From the NCBI GenBank assembly GCA_044225505.1, contig JBGAIN010000026.1, positions 1 through 64,000 of the forward strand: a stretch of DNA of 64,000 bases. The letters run 5' to 3'. Below the pieces are notes generated by a model. That model saw nothing but the letters and a program-made list of their open reading frames with translations, searched no databases and was not told where the DNA came from. Source of the DNA: Limisphaerales bacterium. Its GTDB lineage: Bacteria; Verrucomicrobiota; Verrucomicrobiia; Limisphaerales; SIBE01. Within the stretch, counting starts at the first letter, position 1, and each line of letters starts with the position of its first letter. This document shows, piece after piece, positions 59,029-64,000 of this stretch. The translations under genes were made by a program, and so were the position numbers.

Positions 59029-59124
59029 TCGATAGCCCCGAGCCACGACGGCGAATCCAGTCCGGGAAAAGTCCCACCGAGAAAGCAGTGTTCCTTATCG
59101 CGTTGCGGGGGTAGTATCACTCTT

Positions 59125-61827
59125 GTGAACCCCCTGACCAAGCAGCAGACATCGAATCTCGCCAGACAAGAAACTGGCCCCAACTCGCTCCCGTTCAACT
59201 GGGGCGTCTTTGCGCTCGCCGGGGTTTTCGCATTGCACTGTTCCAGTGGGGAACTTTTGTCAACCACCACGGCGATCGTGCCGGATGCGCCCGTCAATTA
59301 TGCGCGTCCTTTCGAACCCCCGATGCGTCCCGCATTTATTGCACTGCCTCCGGGTGCGGTCGAACCGGCGGGCTGGCTGCGCGACTGGTGCTTGGCCGCG
59401 AAGGACGGTTTCACCGGCCACATGGATGAGTATGACGCCGAATTCCAGCGGGCTTGGGCTGCCGATCATACGATGACTGGGGATCGTTTGAATTGGCCAA
59501 ACGGCGGTTGGCCGTACGAAGGGGGCGGATACTGGTTCGACGGGCTGGTTCGCCTCGGCTACATCCTGCACGACGAAGCGCTCATCCGACAGGCCAAGCA
59601 GCGGCTCGACGTGGTCGTCACGCGCATGAAGCCGGAGAGCATCCTGTTTCTTTGGTGGCTCGACCGAAATAAAACCGAGGATCGAAACGGGAGCGTCGTC
59701 AGTGATGCGTGGCCGCTCTGGGCCAACGGACTGCTCGGCCGGGCCTTGTCCGGCTATTATCTGGCGTCGAGAGACCCGCGAGTTCTGCAAACGCTGGAGA
59801 TGAGCTACAGCGGCGATCGCGACTGGTTACGGCAGGGATGGGCCATGTCCAATCCGTGGCCAGCTTTTGACACCTGGACCTGGACAGGAAACCGCGAGAT
59901 TGGCGCATCCCTCACAGCTCTGTTCTCCAGTGATGGAGGTGGCAAAGCGCCGGGCGGAACATCTTGGAATCGTTACCGCACCATGCCAGTCCCGGAGCCT
60001 GGCGGCGAGAAGAGCGACCACGTGGTGCATTTTCTAGAAAGCACAACCCCTTGGGCGCTGGGCTACTTGTGGACCGGCAATCGCCAGTTCCTCGACACGA
60101 CGCTAGCGTGGCACGACCTCCTTGAGCGTGACGCAATGCAACCCTCGGGCGCCCCTGTTGCGGACGAGTTTTTTGGACCGACGGGCGCCTTTCGAGGGAC
60201 AGAGACCTGCGACGTCGCGGCCTACCTGTGGAGTCAAATCACCTTACTGATGGTCAGCGGCCAGGGACGCCTGGGAGACCGGACCGAGCGAGCGTTCTTT
60301 AACGCCGGTCCAGCTACGGTGGCACGTGATTTCAAAACGCACGTCTATTTCCAATGCCCAAACCGCCTCGTGGATTATTCGCCGCCCCACCCTCACGGGC
60401 CACAAGCCGAAGGGAATTCCTACCAGCGAAAGCATTTTCCACTGTGCTGCACCGCGGCGCTGAATCGAATCGTGCCGAACTATGTGATGCACCTTTGGAT
60501 GGCAACCTACGACAACGGATTGGCCGCGACTCACTACGGCCCTTCCCTCGTTTCCGCGAAGGTCGCGGACAATGTGCCGATCGAGATTCGCTGTCAGACG
60601 GACTACCCGTTCAACGAGAGCATCGAGATAAGCTTAAAACCTGCGCGCGCCGCCCATTTCCCATTGGCCTTCCGTATTCCAAGCTGGTGTCAACAGCCCT
60701 CGCTCACGGTCAATGGGACCACGTTCAACGCCATGCCCAATACCAATGGCTTTGTGCGGTTGGCCAGGGTCTGGCAGCCAGGGGACGTCGTTCACTTGCG
60801 CTTCCCGATGGTCCCGAAATTGGCTACCGGGCACGATCGCAATGCGCAAGACGCCCCGTATGCCACGGTCTCCTACGGCCCCCTGCTCTTTGCTTTGCCC
60901 GTCCCGGAATCAACCAATGCCAACACTCCGGATGTCTCGGCAAAATGGAACTACGCCCTAGACGTGCAGAACCCCAGTTTTGCAGTGCAGCGAGGCACGA
61001 TGCCCTCGACTTGGGATTGGCCATTGGCTGCACCGTTGAGGCTGCAAGCCAAGGCGGTCGAAATGGCCTGGAAGCCCGATCCCAAAGCGCCTCAGCTCCC
61101 AGTCCTGCCAGCCACCCGAACGCAGATCTCCACCACCCTCACTCTGGTCCCATTTGGCTGCACTAAATTGCGAGTCTCCATGTTTCCAGTGACCGCCGGA
61201 ACCGAGGTCAAATCGTCGCAAGTTCGCCGGATACTGTTCCTGGGAAACAGCATCACCTTGCATGGCCCCAAGCCGGACATCGGGTGGACGGGCAACTGGG
61301 GCATGGCAGCAAGTTCCGAAGCGAAGGACTACGTTCATCTCGTTGCGAGTGCTCTCGCGGAGCATACCGGCGCAACGCCGCAGATTCTAGTCAAGAACAT
61401 CGCCGATTTTGAACGGAACTACGCGACCTACGACGTGACCGATCAGATAAACGAATACGTGGCTTTCGATCCGGACCTTGTGGTGCTCGCCATCGGCGAG
61501 AACGTCCCAGCTCTGGATTCGGACCAAGCCAAGGCGCAGTTCAAAACGGGCGTGCTGAACATCCTGCGCGCTGTCCTGGCCAGACGCCATCCGATGATCA
61601 TCGTCCGCAGCAGCTTCTGGCCAGACGCTGACAAAGACGACATTCTGCGGCACGCATGTCAGGACGCGAATGCCATATTCGTGGATGCGGGTCCGCTGGG
61701 ACGCGAATCGACCAACGCCGCCCGTTCAGAGAGGTCATTTGCCCACAGTGGTGTGGCGGCGCACCCCGGCGACCAAGGAATGAAAGCCCTCGCCGACGCG
61801 ATCGTTCAAGCAGTCTTACAGCGGTAA
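59125..61827 (+). CDS. GH127/GH146-like beta-L-arabinofuranosidase fused to a C-terminal SGNH/GDSL hydrolase
   Basis: PAGWLR, WPYE..YW.DG, ETC, CC, TDYPF and RIPSW motifs, then FLGNSIT, GEN and HPGDQG. Confidence 0.88.
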   Translation: MNPLTKQQTSNLARQETGPNSLPFNWGVFALAGVFALHCSSGELLSTTTAIVPDAPVNYARPFEPPMRPAFIALPPGAVEPAGWLRDWCLAAKDGFTGHMDEYDAEFQRAWAADHTMTGDRLNWPNGGWPYEGGGYWFDGLVRLGYILHDEALIRQAKQRLDVVVTRMKPESILFLWWLDRNKTEDRNGSVVSDAWPLWANGLLGRALSGYYLASRDPRVLQTLEMSYSGDRDWLRQGWAMSNPWPAFDTWTWTGNREIGASLTALFSSDGGGKAPGGTSWNRYRTMPVPEPGGEKSDHVVHFLESTTPWALGYLWTGNRQFLDTTLAWHDLLERDAMQPSGAPVADEFFGPTGAFRGTETCDVAAYLWSQITLLMVSGQGRLGDRTERAFFNAGPATVARDFKTHVYFQCPNRLVDYSPPHPHGPQAEGNSYQRKHFPLCCTAALNRIVPNYVMHLWMATYDNGLAATHYGPSLVSAKVADNVPIEIRCQTDYPFNESIEISLKPARAAHFPLAFRIPSWCQQPSLTVNGTTFNAMPNTNGFVRLARVWQPGDVVHLRFPMVPKLATGHDRNAQDAPYATVSYGPLLFALPVPESTNANTPDVSAKWNYALDVQNPSFAVQRGTMPSTWDWPLAAPLRLQAKAVEMAWKPDPKAPQLPVLPATRTQISTTLTLVPFGCTKLRVSMFPVTAGTEVKSSQVRRILFLGNSITLHGPKPDIGWTGNWGMAASSEAKDYVHLVASALAEHTGATPQILVKNIADFERNYATYDVTDQINEYVAFDPDLVVLAIGENVPALDSDQAKAQFKTGVLNILRAVLARRHPMIIVRSSFWPDADKDDILRHACQDANAIFVDAGPLGRESTNAARSERSFAHSGVAAHPGDQGMKALADAIVQAVLQR

Positions 61828-62003
61828 GACCCAGCCGGATACCCAGGCGGAGGAGGATTTCTCGTGGCTAAACCGCCATCGACAAGGATCCATGTCGCAT
61901 AAACCCGAAGGCCATTGTAGAATGTCCTGAACCGGGCATCCCGTTCGTCGTTATTGTGAAAAGAGAGTCGATCAACCATCAAGACCGCCCTGAAACCGCA
62001 CGT

Positions 62004-62474
62004 ATGACCGAGATTCCAGTAATACCGAACGACATGCCGCCGCGCCGACATAAGCCTGCCGCGCGTTACGCCATCGCGACTGTTCGAATCCTCTTGGGCC
62101 TGATGTTTCTTATTTTCGGTCTGAATGGTTTCCTGAATTTCATGCCCGCTCCGAAAGACATGCCGCCCGACATGATGACAGTGCTCGGAGCGCTGATGAA
62201 AGCAGGCTATATGTCAGTGGTCTCGGGCGTGGAGATCATCGTTGCGGTAATGTTTTTGACGAACCGCTTCGTCCCGTTGGCGCTGACATTGCTCGCGCCC
62301 ATCATCGTCGGGATCTTAACATTCCATGTCGCCATGGCGCCGGCGACTATCGGTCCGGGTATCGTTGTTCTATTAATGGAACTTTTCCTCGCATGGGCCT
62401 ATCGAGGCGCATTTAAGCCGATGCTCGCAGCCAATGCCTCACCTGGCGCGAACTATCCCAGAAATGAGAATTAG
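62004..62474 (+). CDS. DoxX-family membrane protein
   Basis: RILLGLMFLIFGLNGFLNF...NRFVPLALTLLAPI...FH; four TM helices; start uncertain. Confidence 0.85.
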   Translation: MTEIPVIPNDMPPRRHKPAARYAIATVRILLGLMFLIFGLNGFLNFMPAPKDMPPDMMTVLGALMKAGYMSVVSGVEIIVAVMFLTNRFVPLALTLLAPIIVGILTFHVAMAPATIGPGIVVLLMELFLAWAYRGAFKPMLAANASPGANYPRNEN

Positions 62475-62619
62475 GCAGCTTCGCAACGGGGGCTCCAATC
62501 ACGCCCTCGTCGTTGCGGCTTCACGACTCTGCCCCCAGGTGCCACACAGGCCGGCCATCATGGATTTCATCATGGAAAGCCAAGCCAGCGGGTTGATCTG
62601 GAGCCAGCTTGTCAGCATG

Positions 62620-63117
62620 CTATTTTGCCGACATCCGCTTCCAGATCACTAAGAACGCTTGGGAGCCTTCGGCGCTTTCAAAAGTCTTTGGACGCGGCAA
62701 CCCGGGCATGACATAACAAATCCGCAGTTCCTTGCTATCCAATGAGTAAATCCCGCGGGCGAGTCGTCCTTTCAGATCGCCTTCCGTTCCGACCATATCA
62801 ATCTCCTTGGGCGTCTTGGATTGATCGATCGTATAGGTGCTATCAAACAGCACGTCGATGCCTCGCTCCGTCTTGAATCGATCCTTGGTTAAAGTCAGTC
62901 GGAGCGCCTCCGTCGTCGTCGGGGGAAGAACTCGACCGTTGACCGTCGCGGCCACGCATTGCCATATCCCTTCAAGCTGGCCAGCGCCATTCACGCCGTC
63001 GGTTGTTTCGGCAACGGCGCTTAAAACCGCGAGATTTCCAAGTGCACAGACCAAGAGCATGATTTTCATGGCGCCTATCTTAGTCGGCATCCAGGAGGCG
63101 AGCTTCTCGAAAATCAC
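62620..63117 (-). CDS. TIGR03067-domain secreted protein
   Basis: LEGIW...NG, YTID.SKTPKEID, GIYSLD..ELRICY and RPKTFES motifs; GTGA overlap with the AraC gene. Confidence 0.85.
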   Translation of the reverse strand: MIFEKLASWMPTKIGAMKIMLLVCALGNLAVLSAVAETTDGVNGAGQLEGIWQCVAATVNGRVLPPTTTEALRLTLTKDRFKTERGIDVLFDSTYTIDQSKTPKEIDMVGTEGDLKGRLARGIYSLDSKELRICYVMPGLPRPKTFESAEGSQAFLVIWKRMSAK

Positions 63118-63983
63118 CTATTTGCCGGTTGGCTTTGGGATGGAGCCATTCCGTAATGTTTCCGATACAGCGTGCTGAAGGAACCAATACTCTCAAAACC
63201 AATCGCAAAACAGGTTTCGGTCACGGAACACGCCCCAGTCTCCAGCAAGCGTTTGCCTTCCTGTAACCTTCGTTCGGTTAGGAATTGGTGCGGCGTCATC
63301 CCGTAGGCTCGGCGAAAGCTTCGAAGCAAATGGTTGGGCGATAGACAAGCAACTTGCGCAACTTCCCTTAGCGTCAAGGACTCCGCAAACATTGCACTGA
63401 TATAATCTCGAGCGCGAGAAACACGCCGATAGAGCTCAGCCCGTGTCGCCGCCCGTGCGCAACCCAAGCGCTCGCTTTCTGCCCAAGTTCGTGAATGAAC
63501 CCGAAGAAGTCGTTCAGCGACGAAGTGAAGCTGCTCGATTAGCCAGTCGCGGTCGTGCCTTCGGTGATCTCGGCGAATCCGGAGCATCGCTGGCGAAAGG
63601 ATGCGATCATGAGTGTAAGTCTTTTCAAAGAAACAGACCGGCGTCTGTGCACAGGGGTCGTCAAGCAAGGCTTGCCGGTTTCGCGAAAGCCCCCGATACA
63701 CGTCCTCAACGAGGCCATGAGCAAAGAAGATGCAAAAAGACTCCACGGGGCGTCTCGCTTCGATGCTGATCTCGTAATTCTGCCCATGGTTTAAAACCAA
63801 GTAGCCGGTTTCATCCACCGCGCAGTGCCCCGAATTGATGCGATAATGCGCATGCCCTCCAAAGAATGCTTTAATCGAAAGTTGCCCAGTTCCCTGCCAA
63901 TGGTACGCACGTGCTTTTGCGTGCAGTATCCAGGAATCGCCCATCAGGGCGGGATGGCGAACTCTGTTTGGCGCGGTTGCCAC
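63114..63983 (-). CDS. AraC-family transcriptional regulator
   Basis: LREVAQVACLSPNHLLRSFR..YGMTP and SVTETCFAIGFESIGSFSTLYRK double HTH. Confidence 0.93.
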   Translation of the reverse strand: MATAPNRVRHPALMGDSWILHAKARAYHWQGTGQLSIKAFFGGHAHYRINSGHCAVDETGYLVLNHGQNYEISIEARRPVESFCIFFAHGLVEDVYRGLSRNRQALLDDPCAQTPVCFFEKTYTHDRILSPAMLRIRRDHRRHDRDWLIEQLHFVAERLLRVHSRTWAESERLGCARAATRAELYRRVSRARDYISAMFAESLTLREVAQVACLSPNHLLRSFRRAYGMTPHQFLTERRLQEGKRLLETGACSVTETCFAIGFESIGSFSTLYRKHYGMAPSQSQPANR

Positions 63984-64000
63984 TCGTTGTCAGAAATAAT

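Noticed and set aside
57985..59046. 353-aa antisense ORF
   Set aside because: Shadow of the esterase gene, which carries all the expected motifs.
1..64000. CRISPR array, rRNA, tRNA, integrase or transposase
   Set aside because: No constant repeat with unique 30-40 bp spacers, no recognisable structural RNA gene and no DDE, HUH or recombinase motifs were seen. The 11-bp arrays lack spacers.

Overview
A GC-rich, gene-dense bacterial window, most likely Verrucomicrobiota. This is inferred from H-X9-DG prepilins, Gfo/Idh/MocA plus HEAT-DUF1080, an ECF/Ser-Thr kinase pair, a TIGR03067 protein and secreted proteins ending in a ...W...(F/Y)(F/Y)R(L/I) domain. It holds about 38 genes. Glycan and peptide scavenging: non-canonical GH32, GH172/DUF2961, GH127-SGNH fusion, CE1-like esterase, S9 peptidase with a VHL-like insert, keto-glycoside enzymes. 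Surface and secreted: a minor-pilin cassette, a 14-repeat Kelch protein, a propeller-diheme cytochrome c-4xCHRD fusion and an adhesin with a 675-bp repeat. Signalling: ECF-kinase-WD40, TonB receptor-YfiR-histidine kinase-response regulator, and a propeller sensor-NarL pair. No rRNA, tRNA, CRISPR array or transposase was seen. The best candidate for an undescribed system is a set of non-coding inverted arrays with 11-bp (one helical turn) periodicity at 49733-49842 and 1125-1292. The first lies directly upstream of a small Arg/Lys-rich hypothetical gene. Other leads are a candidate structured RNA at 33841-33927 and a shared putative sorting domain. Several frameshifts, notably a dense indel cluster at 36600-36990, are probably sequencing or assembly errors. 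All family calls come from motif recognition by eye, not from database searches.
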